Source: an uncultured Planctomycetales bacterium
GTDB taxonomy: Bacteria; Omnitrophota; Gorgyraeia; Gygaellales; Profunditerraquicolaceae
DNA: 64,000 nt
Assembly: GCA_964399915.1 (NCBI GenBank)
Contig: CAYNRN010000003.1
Location: forward strand, 2,064-66,063
Reading direction: 5' to 3'
Shown: piece after piece, positions 36,967 through 46,436 of the stretch
How the letters are laid out: every line of letters begins with the position of its first letter
Numbering within the stretch: the first letter of the stretch is position 1
Program-made: the position numbers and the translations under genes
The notes under the pieces: model-generated
What the model saw: the letters and a program-made list of their open reading frames with translations, nothing else
What the model was told of the DNA's origin: nothing
Databases searched by the model: none

Positions 36967-36995
36967 TTGCTAATTCTTTAAAGCGGTAATATAAT
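36967..36995 (+). promoter_or_regulatory. Sigma70-like promoter TTGCTA-17-TATAAT upstream of yggT
   Basis: Hexamers at 36967-36972 and 36990-36995. Confidence 0.5.
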
Positions 36996-37049
36996 AAAAA
37001 TGGGTCAGGTTTTTCCCCGGAGGGATTCGTCTAAGAGCCAATTAGCCGC

Positions 37050-37355
37050 ATGTCTATCTTCTCTAATCTAGTCTTTGCGCTGGCGCAGATAGTCAATATA
37101 CTCCTAACCGTGCTTTACTGGCTGATTTTGATCCGCGCTTTAATCAGCTGGGTAAACCCGGATCCCTATAACCCAATAGTCCAGTTTCTTTACAAGAGCA
37201 CCGAACCGATACTTTCTCCCATCCGCAGGCTGCTGCCTGTATCTTTGAAGTTCGGCATAGATATTTCTCCAATCATCGCGTTTTTCGTAATATTATTTTT
37301 TAAATCGTTTATAGTAAATAGCTTATTTGACCTTGCGTTACGGCTGAAATCATAA
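37050..37355 (+). CDS. yggT: YggT family membrane protein
   Basis: 101 aa. LIRALISWVNPDPYNPIVQFLYKSTEPILSPIRRLLP is the YggT signature. Confidence 0.75.
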   Translation: MSIFSNLVFALAQIVNILLTVLYWLILIRALISWVNPDPYNPIVQFLYKSTEPILSPIRRLLPVSLKFGIDISPIIAFFVILFFKSFIVNSLFDLALRLKS

Positions 37356-37443
37356 AAAAGGAGATAATGATTCTTGGATATAGCCATCGAAGAAGCGATG
37401 AGAATGATGGTTTCCGTCGGGTTGCTTAATCCGGGGAGGTAAG

Positions 37444-38889
37444 ATGCTGCAATATTTTATGGGGATGTTCAGGAGTATCCGGGTCATCGATTTTATTGAT
37501 ATTGCGATTATCGCGATTATGATTTATTTAGTGTTATTGTGGTTGAAAAAGGCCCGGGCGCGTTTTATCCTCATCGGCATGATCATTATCGGGCTGATCT
37601 ATGTTCTAGCAAAGATTTTCAGTCTTTATATGACAACCATGTTTTTCCAGGGGTTCTTCGCGATCCTGTTAATTATGGTGGTAATAATCTTCCAGGATGA
37701 ATTCCGCCACTTCTTTGAGAGAGTAGCGGTATTGGGGACGCAGAGAAGGCGCCGGGGCGTATCCTACGGGCAGGATATTGAAATTTTAAGCAGCGCTATA
37801 GCAAATCTGTCACGTAAACAAATCGGCGCACTGGTGGCTATCCGGGGCCGGGATCCGCTAGACCGCCACCTGGAAGCCGGTATCCGCGTTGACGGGCTTC
37901 TCAGCCAGGTATTGCTTGAAAGCCTGTTTGACCCGCATGCCCCGAGCCATGACGGGGCAGTGATTTTAGACGGCGGCAGGGTAGGGCGCTTTAGCGCTTA
38001 TCTCCCTCTTTCTACCAACGTCAATGAAATCGGCAGGTCCGGGACACGTCATGCCGCGGCCTTAGGCTTAACCGAGCGCTCGGATGCGCTTTGTATAGTA
38101 GTTTCCGAAGAGCGCGGCACAATTTCCGTTGCCGAAGCCGGACGTATCCGGGAATTATCCGATCCGGCCCAGCTTAATAGTATCTTGGCAGATTTTTACC
38201 GCAGCCGCTATCCGGAGAAAAAGGGGTCTACCCTTACGGATTTATTGGCCGGCCATCTTTCTGAGAAGATACTGGCAATTATATTGGCAGCGGCAATCTG
38301 GGCGATCTTCGGATATCAGAAAGACATCATCCGCCGCGATTTTGTGATTCCGGTAGAATACCGGAATCTTTCGCAGGATAGAATAATTGGCGAACCTAAA
38401 CCCAAAGAAGTAACTATTACTCTCAACGGCGCAGAGCGGGCCTTTAATATGGTCGACCCTAAAGAGCTTAAGCTTTCCCTGGATATGTCCAAGGTCCAAG
38501 ACGGAGAGAATAATATTATATTGAATGAGGAAATGGCACGTTACCCTGCCGGCTTCTCGGTATTAAACATTGAACCCGAACGAATCAAACTTAAGATTGA
38601 AAGGATGGTTACATTTACCGTTCCCGTAGAAGTAAAGACGCAAGGGACGCTTCCCGCGGGGTTGTCTTTAGTCCAGATAAAGGTTGAGCCTAAAGAGATA
38701 CAGGTAGTAGCCCCCAGCACGCTTCCTACGGGAAAAATCAATATCACTACCGACGTTATCGACTTAAAAACCATAACAGCAACCACAACGTTTACTCCTA
38801 AACTGATAGTCCCGCCGCAGGTGACTTTAACCGCGAATAAATATCTGGATATCAAAGTCACTGTCGAAGTGGAAACCAAGGAAAAATAG
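37444..38889 (+). CDS. cdaA: Diadenylate cyclase CdaA fused to a YbbR-like (CdaR regulator-type) C-terminal domain
   Basis: Three N-terminal TM helices. DAC domain (HDGAVILDGGRVGRFSAYLPLS...GTRHAAALGLTERSDALCIVVSEERGTISVA). Then a fourth TM and about 200 aa of beta-rich YbbR-like repeats. Confidence 0.7.
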   Translation: MLQYFMGMFRSIRVIDFIDIAIIAIMIYLVLLWLKKARARFILIGMIIIGLIYVLAKIFSLYMTTMFFQGFFAILLIMVVIIFQDEFRHFFERVAVLGTQRRRRGVSYGQDIEILSSAIANLSRKQIGALVAIRGRDPLDRHLEAGIRVDGLLSQVLLESLFDPHAPSHDGAVILDGGRVGRFSAYLPLSTNVNEIGRSGTRHAAALGLTERSDALCIVVSEERGTISVAEAGRIRELSDPAQLNSILADFYRSRYPEKKGSTLTDLLAGHLSEKILAIILAAAIWAIFGYQKDIIRRDFVIPVEYRNLSQDRIIGEPKPKEVTITLNGAERAFNMVDPKELKLSLDMSKVQDGENNIILNEEMARYPAGFSVLNIEPERIKLKIERMVTFTVPVEVKTQGTLPAGLSLVQIKVEPKEIQVVAPSTLPTGKINITTDVIDLKTITATTTFTPKLIVPPQVTLTANKYLDIKVTVEVETKEK

Positions 38890-38907
38890 CACGAGCAGGG
38901 AAGAATT

Positions 38908-40386
38908 ATGTGGACAAAAGAAAGCCTGCAGGCATTGATTAAAGAGAAGCTGGAAGATTACCTCTTTGTGGTTGTTTCTAACCGGCAGCCTTATGTGCAT
39001 ACTTTTAAAAGAGGCAGGGTTGAATACCGGAGAGGCGCCGGCGGAGTAGTTACTGCCCTTGACCCGGTAATGCAGGCCTGCCACGGGCTTTGGGTAGCGT
39101 TCGGCAGCGGAGACGCTGACAGGAAGGTAAGCGACGCGCAGGGTAAGTTAGGAGTTCCCCCTGAAAGCCCCAACTATACCCTCAGGAGAGTATGGCTTAC
39201 TAAGGAGGAAGAAAACGGTTATTATTTCGGGTATTCCAACGAGGCACTCTGGCCGCTTTGCCATATGGCATTTCAGCGCCCGGTGTTCCGCAAAGAAGAC
39301 TGGGAATATTATGTCAAGGTAAATAAAAAATTCGCCCAGGCAGTAGCCGAAGAGGTAAATCATAAGAAGGCATTTATCTGGATACAGGATTACCATCTTT
39401 GCCTACTGGGAAAATTTTTAAAAGAGCTCCTGCCGGGCAAGATCATTGTTTCGCACTTCTGGCATATTCCCTGGCCGAATTATGAAACTTTCCGCATCTG
39501 TCCGCAAAAGAAAGAGATACTCGAGGGGCTCCTGGCGAATGATTTGATGGGTTTTCATATCCGCAACCACTGCGCTAATTTTATCGAGGCAATAGACAGA
39601 GAGATAGAAAGCAAGATAGACCGCGAACGTTTTTCCGTTATCCGCGGCGGGCACGAAACCATTGTCCGGCCGTATCCGATCAGCGTAGATTTTGAAGGGA
39701 TCAGCAGTTTTTCTGCTGCCGGAGAAGCGGATAAAATAGGGCAGGCGCTGATTGAAGAATTCAGCCTCAGCGGTCTAAAAGTTATGCTGGGCTTAGACCG
39801 CATAGATTATACAAAAGGTATTCCGGAGAGGTTACTGGCGATAGACGCGCTTTTTGAGGCGCACCCGGAGTTGAAAGAAAAGATTGTTTTTCTGCAGATG
39901 GGGGAGATCAGCCGTATCCATATACCTAAATATAAGGAATTGAACGATGAAATTAACGCTCTGGTCGAACAGATAAACTGGAAACACTCTACCGGTGAGT
40001 GGAGGCCGGTAATTTTAGTAAGGAGGCACCTTTCATTCAAGGAACTGGCGGGTTTCTACCGGATGGGGGAGGTATGTATTGTCAGCTCTTTACATGACGG
40101 CATGAACTTGGTAGCTAAAGAGTTTATTTCCTCGCGTTCGGATGAGAATGGCATGCTGGTCTTAAGTCAATTTACCGGCGCTGCGCGCGAATTGACCGAC
40201 GCGATACTGGTTAATCCCTTTGACCGCCATCAGTTCAGTGAAGGCATCTACCAGGCATTGAATCTGCCTTCGGAAGAAAAGCAGAAGAGGATGAATAAGA
40301 TGCGCGCCATAATCCAGCAGAATAATATCTTCCGTTGGGCAGGCAAGGTGCTTTCAGAACTTTTAAAGTTTGAGTTTAAGGAATGA
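38908..40386 (+). CDS. otsA: Alpha,alpha-trehalose-phosphate synthase (GT20)
   Basis: GT20 family motifs (LWVAFGSGD, IWIQDYHL, HFWHIPWP, SLHDGMNLVAKEF). 492 aa. Confidence 0.85.
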   Translation: MWTKESLQALIKEKLEDYLFVVVSNRQPYVHTFKRGRVEYRRGAGGVVTALDPVMQACHGLWVAFGSGDADRKVSDAQGKLGVPPESPNYTLRRVWLTKEEENGYYFGYSNEALWPLCHMAFQRPVFRKEDWEYYVKVNKKFAQAVAEEVNHKKAFIWIQDYHLCLLGKFLKELLPGKIIVSHFWHIPWPNYETFRICPQKKEILEGLLANDLMGFHIRNHCANFIEAIDREIESKIDRERFSVIRGGHETIVRPYPISVDFEGISSFSAAGEADKIGQALIEEFSLSGLKVMLGLDRIDYTKGIPERLLAIDALFEAHPELKEKIVFLQMGEISRIHIPKYKELNDEINALVEQINWKHSTGEWRPVILVRRHLSFKELAGFYRMGEVCIVSSLHDGMNLVAKEFISSRSDENGMLVLSQFTGAARELTDAILVNPFDRHQFSEGIYQALNLPSEEKQKRMNKMRAIIQQNNIFRWAGKVLSELLKFEFKE

Positions 40387-41186
40387 AGTATCTCTTACGC
40401 TATTGGCGCGTTTTGCCCGGGAAGGCCCGCGCTAAATATAAAGTTTTATTTTTAGATTTTGACGGTACTCTGGCGAAGATTGTAAAAAGCCCCCGTAAGG
40501 CCAGGATTGAGCCGTCAATTAAACTTTTATTGCTCCGAATAACGCAGGATAAGGCATACAGGGTTGCAGTTATCAGCGGTAGGGCGCTTGGCGACATCAA
40601 GAAGAGGGTCGGGATTAAAGGCATTGTTTATATCGGGAATCACGGTTTGGAAATTGACGGCTCCAAGATCAGGTTCTCTGGCTTTCAAATTGATAAATTC
40701 AGGTTAACGCTCAAACGGCTGAAGGCAAAACTGAAACAGAGGTTAGATCCGATAAAAGGGATTTTTATAGAAGATAAAGGATTAAGCTTGAGTGTACATT
40801 ACCGCTTGGTTAAAAAAAAGGACTTGGCCTTTTTTAAAGCCGCTTTTGCACAGATAACTGCTGAATATGCCTCCGGCAATAAAATAAAAATCCATCCGGG
40901 GAAGAAAGTTTTTGAGATCCGCCCTCCTCTGCAATGGGATAAAGGCAAAGTTGCGCTCTGGCTTTTAGCCAGATGGAAGTCCGCTTTTGCGGATAAGGAG
41001 GTATTGACGGTTTACATCGGAGATGATCTCACCGATGAAGATGCTTTCCGGGCTCTCGCGGGTAAGGCTATAACGGCGGTAGTGGGTAAAAGGAAAGATT
41101 CGGCAGCCGCTTACTATTTAAATAACGTAGGGGAAGTAGCAAGATTCTTAAACGTTCTGGGGCCGGCAAAATGCCTAAAATTATAA
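40383..41186 (+). CDS. otsB: Trehalose-6-phosphate phosphatase (HAD-IIB)
   Basis: HAD motif I FLDFDGTLA, motif IV GDDLTDEDAF. Start overlaps the otsA stop (ATGA). Confidence 0.8.
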   Translation: MKYLLRYWRVLPGKARAKYKVLFLDFDGTLAKIVKSPRKARIEPSIKLLLLRITQDKAYRVAVISGRALGDIKKRVGIKGIVYIGNHGLEIDGSKIRFSGFQIDKFRLTLKRLKAKLKQRLDPIKGIFIEDKGLSLSVHYRLVKKKDLAFFKAAFAQITAEYASGNKIKIHPGKKVFEIRPPLQWDKGKVALWLLARWKSAFADKEVLTVYIGDDLTDEDAFRALAGKAITAVVGKRKDSAAAYYLNNVGEVARFLNVLGPAKCLKL

Positions 41187-41842
41187 AAGCTAAAGAGCCG
41201 TTTAGGTTTTACACGCGTTTGCATTTATCAGAACTGACCGGATTAAAGGCGGTTAATCTCTCTCAACTTCTGGGAATCTTAAAAGAAGTTCCCGGTTCAA
41301 GCATATACCATCATACGCACAGGTTCCTACAGCAGCACCAATATCTTTCTCCCGAGCCTCCGAATGATTTTGCCTACTGGGTTTCCAGCGTCCTTGCCGA
41401 AGATGCCCTTGCCGAAGAACTGGCCAGTATCGATACCATCCAGTATTCTAATATCCGCAGCCTCAGGGAGAAGATAATCCAGACTATAGAAGATTACCTT
41501 AAAGAACACCCTATGGCAAAGTTGAAATTCGCCAACGAAGAGGAAGCTTTTTATTTTATCAAATCAATCAGTTTCGTTGTGCCGACAAAATACGTGGCGC
41601 ATGATTTAAAAGAGTTCATCAGCATCCTGGAAAGAGTGACCGTAGATTCGATATATTTCCATATCTTTGAGGCCCGCCTGAGGCTTGAGAAGCAGACTAA
41701 TGACTTCTCTTTATGGATCGAGACCTCTTTAGGCGATAAGCCGCTGGCGGATAGAATCGCCAATATTGACCCATATACGCGCACGCTTGAAGACTTACGC
41801 AGAACCTTAATCCGCATAATCGAAAGGAAGGTTTCATCATAA
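41171..41842 (+). CDS. Hypothetical protein conserved in the trehalose locus (223 aa, soluble)
   Basis: No recognisable catalytic motif. Overlaps both the otsB end and the treT start, implying co-translation with them. Confidence 0.4.
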   Translation: MPKIIKAKEPFRFYTRLHLSELTGLKAVNLSQLLGILKEVPGSSIYHHTHRFLQQHQYLSPEPPNDFAYWVSSVLAEDALAEELASIDTIQYSNIRSLREKIIQTIEDYLKEHPMAKLKFANEEEAFYFIKSISFVVPTKYVAHDLKEFISILERVTVDSIYFHIFEARLRLEKQTNDFSLWIETSLGDKPLADRIANIDPYTRTLEDLRRTLIRIIERKVSS

Positions 41843-41845
41843 AGC

Positions 41846-43057
41846 ATGGCACGCATCGACGAATATATCCCAATTGTCGGAGAATCAATTATCGATGACC
41901 TTCGGCTGATCGCCGAAAAGCTTAAAGGTAAAGTCATCCAGCATATAAATTCTACACCGGTAGGCGGAGGGGTCGCCGAGATTCTCAATTGCATGGTCCC
42001 GCTCCTAAAGGAGCTTGGCGTTGATACCCGATGGGATGTGATTAAGGGGGGTGAACAGTTTTTTAGTACGACTAAGAAATTCCATAACGCCCTGCACGGA
42101 AGGCGCGAAAACATTACTGACAGGGATTTTGAGGTTTTTCTTGAAACGAGCAACCACAATATTGAAGAAGTAAATACTTACGGGGATATTGTCTTTGTGC
42201 ACGACCCCCAACCGATTGCGCTGATAAGGAAGAAGGCCGAAAACAAATGGATCTGGCGTTGTCATATCGACGTATCAAATCCTGACAGTAAAGTCTGGAG
42301 TTTTCTCCGCGATTTCGTGGTTAAATACGATTCAGCGGTATTTTCAGCGCCCGGATTTTCACAGCCGCTGCCGATCAGGCAATTCCTGATTTCGCCTTCC
42401 GTCGACCCTTTAAGCGATAAAAATAAGGAATTGCCTCAAGCTGATGTTGAAGCAGTGATGAAGAAGCACGGGATACGTAAAAATAAGCCGGTAATCACTC
42501 AGATCTCGCGTTTTGACCGGCTAAAGGATCCGCTGGGGGTAATCCAGACATATAAACTGGTAAAAAAATATACCGATTGCCAACTGGTGCTTGCCGGAGG
42601 CACTGCTTCTGATGACCCGGAAGGGGCGCAGGTCCTGGAAGAGGTAAGGGAGGCAGCTAAAGGGGATTCCGATATCCATATTTTACTCTTACCGCAGAAC
42701 GACCTGGAGATAAACGCACTGCAAAGGGGCTCTACGGTTATCATGCAGAAATCCCTGAGAGAGGGGTTTGGCCTTACGGTTTCAGAGGCGCTCTGGAAGG
42801 CAAAACCTGTGGTTGCTTCCCATGTCGGAGGCATCCCGCTTCAGATAAAGCATAAATATTCCGGGCTTCTCTGCCATTCTATAGAAGGCGCCGCCTTTGC
42901 CCTCAAACAACTTTTAAACAGCCCGGAATACGCAAAGAAGCTGGGCGCAAACGGGAAGGAGCATATCCGCAATAACTTTTTGATCACCCGGCACCTGAGG
43001 GATTATATACTTTTATTTCTCTCGCTTTTTCATCCCGAAGACATCGTTAACCTTTAA
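41846..43057 (+). CDS. treT: Trehalose glycosyltransferring synthase TreT-like GT4 glycosyltransferase
   Basis: The N-terminus (IPIVGESIIDDLRLIAEKLKGKVIQHINSTPVGGGVAEILNCMVPLLKELGVDTRWDVIKGG..FF..TKKFHNALHG) closely mirrors archaeal TreT. GT4 C-terminal EGFGLTVSEAL. Confidence 0.65.
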   Translation: MARIDEYIPIVGESIIDDLRLIAEKLKGKVIQHINSTPVGGGVAEILNCMVPLLKELGVDTRWDVIKGGEQFFSTTKKFHNALHGRRENITDRDFEVFLETSNHNIEEVNTYGDIVFVHDPQPIALIRKKAENKWIWRCHIDVSNPDSKVWSFLRDFVVKYDSAVFSAPGFSQPLPIRQFLISPSVDPLSDKNKELPQADVEAVMKKHGIRKNKPVITQISRFDRLKDPLGVIQTYKLVKKYTDCQLVLAGGTASDDPEGAQVLEEVREAAKGDSDIHILLLPQNDLEINALQRGSTVIMQKSLREGFGLTVSEALWKAKPVVASHVGGIPLQIKHKYSGLLCHSIEGAAFALKQLLNSPEYAKKLGANGKEHIRNNFLITRHLRDYILLFLSLFHPEDIVNL

Positions 43058-43077
43058 TCGGGATTACAATAAAAAAA

Positions 43078-43105
43078 CTTGACAAATACGCTAAATTGTG
43101 TATAC
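43078..43105 (+). promoter_or_regulatory. Promoter TTGACA-16-TATACT upstream of the second Rrf2 regulator; it shares its -35 context (AAAAAcTCTTGACAAAT) with the first Rrf2 promoter
   Basis: cTTGACAAATacgctaaattgtgTATACT. Confidence 0.5.
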
Positions 43106-43136
43106 TCTACTAAGATAATAGAGATTATAGGATAAT

Positions 43137-43577
43137 ATGAGGATAACCTATAAAGGGGATTACGCCTTAAAAGTTATTTTGAATTTAAGCCTGCATTACG
43201 GCGGCGGCCTGGTGACGATTCATGATTTAGCCAGGCGACTGGACATACCGGTCAAGTTCCTTGAGCAGATACTGCTGGATTTAAAAAGAGGCGGTTTCCT
43301 CCAGAGCAGGCGCGGTAAAATCGGAGGTTATTCTTTGGCTAAAGCCCCGGCTAAAATAAAGCTGGGGGAGGTAATCAGGTTTATTGACGGGCCGGTCAGC
43401 CCGGTTGCCTGTGTAGATAAGAGTTATAAGGGGTGCAGTGATATCACCACCTGCGTATTCAGGGAAATCTGGCAGCGCATCGCCGCTTCAACTGCCGCGA
43501 TAATCGATAATATCACTTTTGAAGACCTGACGAAGAAGATCAAAAGGGCGGGCAAGGCACTGGTTTATCAAATTTAA
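43137..43577 (+). CDS. Rrf2 family transcriptional regulator, CymR-like (cysteine-metabolism repressor type)
   Basis: Rrf2 wHTH ([23 protein letters not shown]...[42 protein letters not shown]). Directly precedes cysK, as in the Firmicutes cymR-cysK arrangement. Confidence 0.7.
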   Translation: MRITYKGDYALKVILNLSLHYGGGLVTIHDLARRLDIPVKFLEQILLDLKRGGFLQSRRGKIGGYSLAKAPAKIKLGEVIRFIDGPVSPVACVDKSYKGCSDITTCVFREIWQRIAASTAAIIDNITFEDLTKKIKRAGKALVYQI

Positions 43578-43581
43578 AACT

Positions 43582-44505
43582 ATGCGCATAGCTAAAAATA
43601 TTACAGAATTAATCGGCAATACTCCTTTGGTGAGGTTAAACAGGGCCACTGAAGGCTGTGTTGCAGAGGTGGTCGCGAAATTAGAGTCCTTTAATCCCTG
43701 CTCTTCGGTGAAGGACCGTATCGGCCTGAGTATGATTGAGGCAGCGGAAAAGGAAGGCAGGATTAAAAAAGGCGCTGTGATCATAGAGCCCACCTCCGGT
43801 AATACCGGCATTGCCTTGGCTTTTGTCTGCGCGGTGAAAGGCTATAAACTGATCCTGACTATGCCCGAGACGATGAGTACGGAGCGCAGGCAGCTTTTGA
43901 CCGCTTTTGGCGCGGAGATTATCTTAACGCCCGGGGCGGAGGGGATGTCCGGGGCAGTCAGGAGAGCGGAAGAACTGGCAAAAAAAGAAAAGAACTATTT
44001 TATATTACAGCAATTCAGGAATCCGGCTAACCCAGAAATCCACCGGAAAACCACAGCCGTTGAAATCTGGCAGGATACCGGAGGAAAAGTTGATATTCTG
44101 GTAGCGGGAATCGGCACAGGAGGCACAATCACCGGCGTATCAGAAGTAATCAAGAGGAAAAAACCTTCACTTAAGGTAATCGCCGTAGAGCCGAAAGATT
44201 CTCCGGTGCTTTCCGGAGGCAAGCCCGGCCCCCATAAGATCCAGGGTATAGGCGCGGGGTTTGTTCCTGAAATCCTGAATAGCAAAATAATCGATGAAAT
44301 TATTCAGGTCTCTAATGAAGAAGCGATAGAGGCATCCAGGCAGCTTGCCAAGAAAGAGGGGATTTTGGCGGGTATTTCTTCCGGGGCGGCTGTCTTTGCG
44401 GCGCTTGAAGCCGCCCGCAGGAAAGAAAACAGAGATAAACTGATAGTAGTCATTCTTCCGGATACCGGAGAGCGCTATCTCAGCACTGAATTATTCAAAG
44501 AATAG
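43582..44505 (+). CDS. cysK: Cysteine synthase A (O-acetylserine sulfhydrylase)
   Basis: PLP-lysine motif [25 protein letters not shown]. Confidence 0.9.
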   Translation: MRIAKNITELIGNTPLVRLNRATEGCVAEVVAKLESFNPCSSVKDRIGLSMIEAAEKEGRIKKGAVIIEPTSGNTGIALAFVCAVKGYKLILTMPETMSTERRQLLTAFGAEIILTPGAEGMSGAVRRAEELAKKEKNYFILQQFRNPANPEIHRKTTAVEIWQDTGGKVDILVAGIGTGGTITGVSEVIKRKKPSLKVIAVEPKDSPVLSGGKPGPHKIQGIGAGFVPEILNSKIIDEIIQVSNEEAIEASRQLAKKEGILAGISSGAAVFAALEAARRKENRDKLIVVILPDTGERYLSTELFKE

Positions 44506-44517
44506 AAAGGAGATCCC

Positions 44518-44745
44518 ATGGCCATAAAAGATAAGGTTGAGCAAGCGTTGAACAAAGTGCGCCCGATGCTGGCAGCCGACGGCGGCAACGTAGAGTTAGT
44601 AGATGTCAGCGCAGACGGAGTCGTAAAATTAAAGCTTACCGGAAGCTGCGGCTGTTGCCCGATGTCGCAGATGACGCTGAAGATGGGGGTAGAAAAGATA
44701 ATCAAAAAAGACGTGCCGGAGGTAAAAGAAGTAATCGCTATCTGA
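44518..44745 (+). CDS. NifU-like Fe-S cluster carrier domain protein (Nfu)
   Basis: 75 aa with GSCGCCPMS (CxxC cluster-binding) and the NifU C-terminal-domain pattern. Confidence 0.75.
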   Translation: MAIKDKVEQALNKVRPMLAADGGNVELVDVSADGVVKLKLTGSCGCCPMSQMTLKMGVEKIIKKDVPEVKEVIAI

Positions 44746-44798
44746 AATTGAGGGCAGGAGCTACCATATAGATCATCCAAGAGTTTACGGGAGAGTCC

Positions 44799-46001
44799 AT
44801 GAAAACAATTAAAGAAATCAATGATAAGATAAAGAAGGGCCAGGCGGTAGTGGTTACGGCCGAAGAGATTATAGATCTGGTTGATAAGAAGGGGCCAAAG
44901 AAGGCCGCTGAAGAAGTCGACGTAGTCACTACCGGCACCTTCGGCCCGATGTGTTCTTCCGGGGCATATTTTAATATCGGGCATTCGAAACCCAGGATAA
45001 AGTTAGGAGGAGGAAGCTGTAAGCTTAATGATGTTCCGGCTTACTGCGGATTCGCCGCGGTAGACATTTATCTGGGAGCGACTGCCGTGCCGGATGACGA
45101 CCCTTTGAACAAGGTATTCCCCGGTGAATTTAAATATGGCGGCGCCCATGTGATAAATGAGATTGTCGCAGGGCGCGATGTGCGCCTTCAGGCAACGGCA
45201 TACGGGACAGATTGTTATCCCAGGAAGAAACTGGAAACCATGGTCAATATCAGGGATTTAAACGAAGCAGTATTATTTAATATCCGCAACTGCTATCAGA
45301 ACTATAATGTGGCGGTAAATCTCTCGGATAAGATAATCTATACCTATATGGGGGTATTGAAGCCTAACCTGGGTAACGCCAACTATTGCTCAGCAGGGCA
45401 GCTTTCCCCGCTTTTGAAAGACCCTCACTATAAAACAATCGGCATCGGGACAAAGATATTTCTAGGCGGGGGTATCGGATATGTAGCATGGCAGGGGACT
45501 CAGCATAACCCAAGCGTAAAGAGGAAAGAAAACGGGATACCTCAGGCGCCTGCCGGCACACTTGCGGTAATCGGCGACTTGAAACAGATGAAACAGGAAT
45601 GGCTTACGGGAATCAGTATGCTTGGTTACGGAGTTACGCTAACCGTGGGCATAGGGGTCCCTATTCCGGTGCTTGATGAGGAGATAGTTAAATACGCGGC
45701 GGCAGGTGACGAACAGATATTCGCGCAGGTAGTGGATTACGGCAAGAGTTATCCGGAGTGCGTACCGGGGTCGTTGGCAGAAGTCAATTATGCCCAGCTG
45801 AAAACCGGCAAGATTACCGTTCAGGGTAAAAGTATCCCTACAGGCAACTTATCCAGCTATTCCAAGGCGCGCGAGATCGCCGAGGAGCTGAAGTCATGGA
45901 TTAAGAAAGGCGATTTCCTGCTTAGCGAGCCGGTAGCAAGATTGCCCGGCGCAGAATCCGGGTATACCTTTAAGATGCTCAACGAAAGGCCGATAGTATA
46001 A
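44799..46001 (+). CDS. DUF39/COG1900 homocysteine-biosynthesis protein (MA1821-type L-aspartate-semialdehyde sulfurtransferase family)
   Basis: 400 aa with a characteristic N-terminus (KTIKEINDKIKKGQAVVVTAEEIIDLV...VDVVTTGTFGPMCSSGAYFN). Immediately followed by an NIL-ferredoxin partner. Confidence 0.6.
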   Translation: MKTIKEINDKIKKGQAVVVTAEEIIDLVDKKGPKKAAEEVDVVTTGTFGPMCSSGAYFNIGHSKPRIKLGGGSCKLNDVPAYCGFAAVDIYLGATAVPDDDPLNKVFPGEFKYGGAHVINEIVAGRDVRLQATAYGTDCYPRKKLETMVNIRDLNEAVLFNIRNCYQNYNVAVNLSDKIIYTYMGVLKPNLGNANYCSAGQLSPLLKDPHYKTIGIGTKIFLGGGIGYVAWQGTQHNPSVKRKENGIPQAPAGTLAVIGDLKQMKQEWLTGISMLGYGVTLTVGIGVPIPVLDEEIVKYAAAGDEQIFAQVVDYGKSYPECVPGSLAEVNYAQLKTGKITVQGKSIPTGNLSSYSKAREIAEELKSWIKKGDFLLSEPVARLPGAESGYTFKMLNERPIV

Positions 46002-46028
46002 CCTATTGCGGTATTTAAGAGGTGAGAA

Positions 46029-46436
46029 ATGACCCGTAAAAGAATTGTTTTGCATTTCCCCCACAGATTGGTTGATCAGCCGATTATCTATAAGTTGGTC
46101 AAAGAGCATGACCTGCAGTTTAATATCCTCAAGGCCTATGTTACGCCGCAGGAGGAAGGGCTGATGGTCCTGGAACTATCCGGCAAAAAAGAGAATTTTG
46201 AAAAGGGGATACAATATCTGGAATCCTGCGGGGTAAAGATTCAGCCTCTGAGCCAGGATGTGATCCGCAATGAAACCAAATGCACCGATTGCGGCGTATG
46301 CGTGCCGATCTGTCCGACGGCAGCCCTGGCCATCGATCCGATAACCCGCAAAGTGCACTTCTACGATAATAAATGTATCGCCTGCGAGCTCTGCGTAAAG
46401 GTTTGCCCTGCCCGCGCCATGGAAGTACGCTTCTAA
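46029..46436 (+). CDS. NIL domain + 2x[4Fe-4S] ferredoxin protein (MA1822-type partner)
   Basis: N-terminal NIL-like domain (IVLHFPHRLVDQPIIYKLVKEHDLQFNILKAYVTPQEEGLMVLEL). C-terminal CTDCGVCVPICP and CIACELCVKVCP. Confidence 0.65.
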   Translation: MTRKRIVLHFPHRLVDQPIIYKLVKEHDLQFNILKAYVTPQEEGLMVLELSGKKENFEKGIQYLESCGVKIQPLSQDVIRNETKCTDCGVCVPICPTAALAIDPITRKVHFYDNKCIACELCVKVCPARAMEVRF

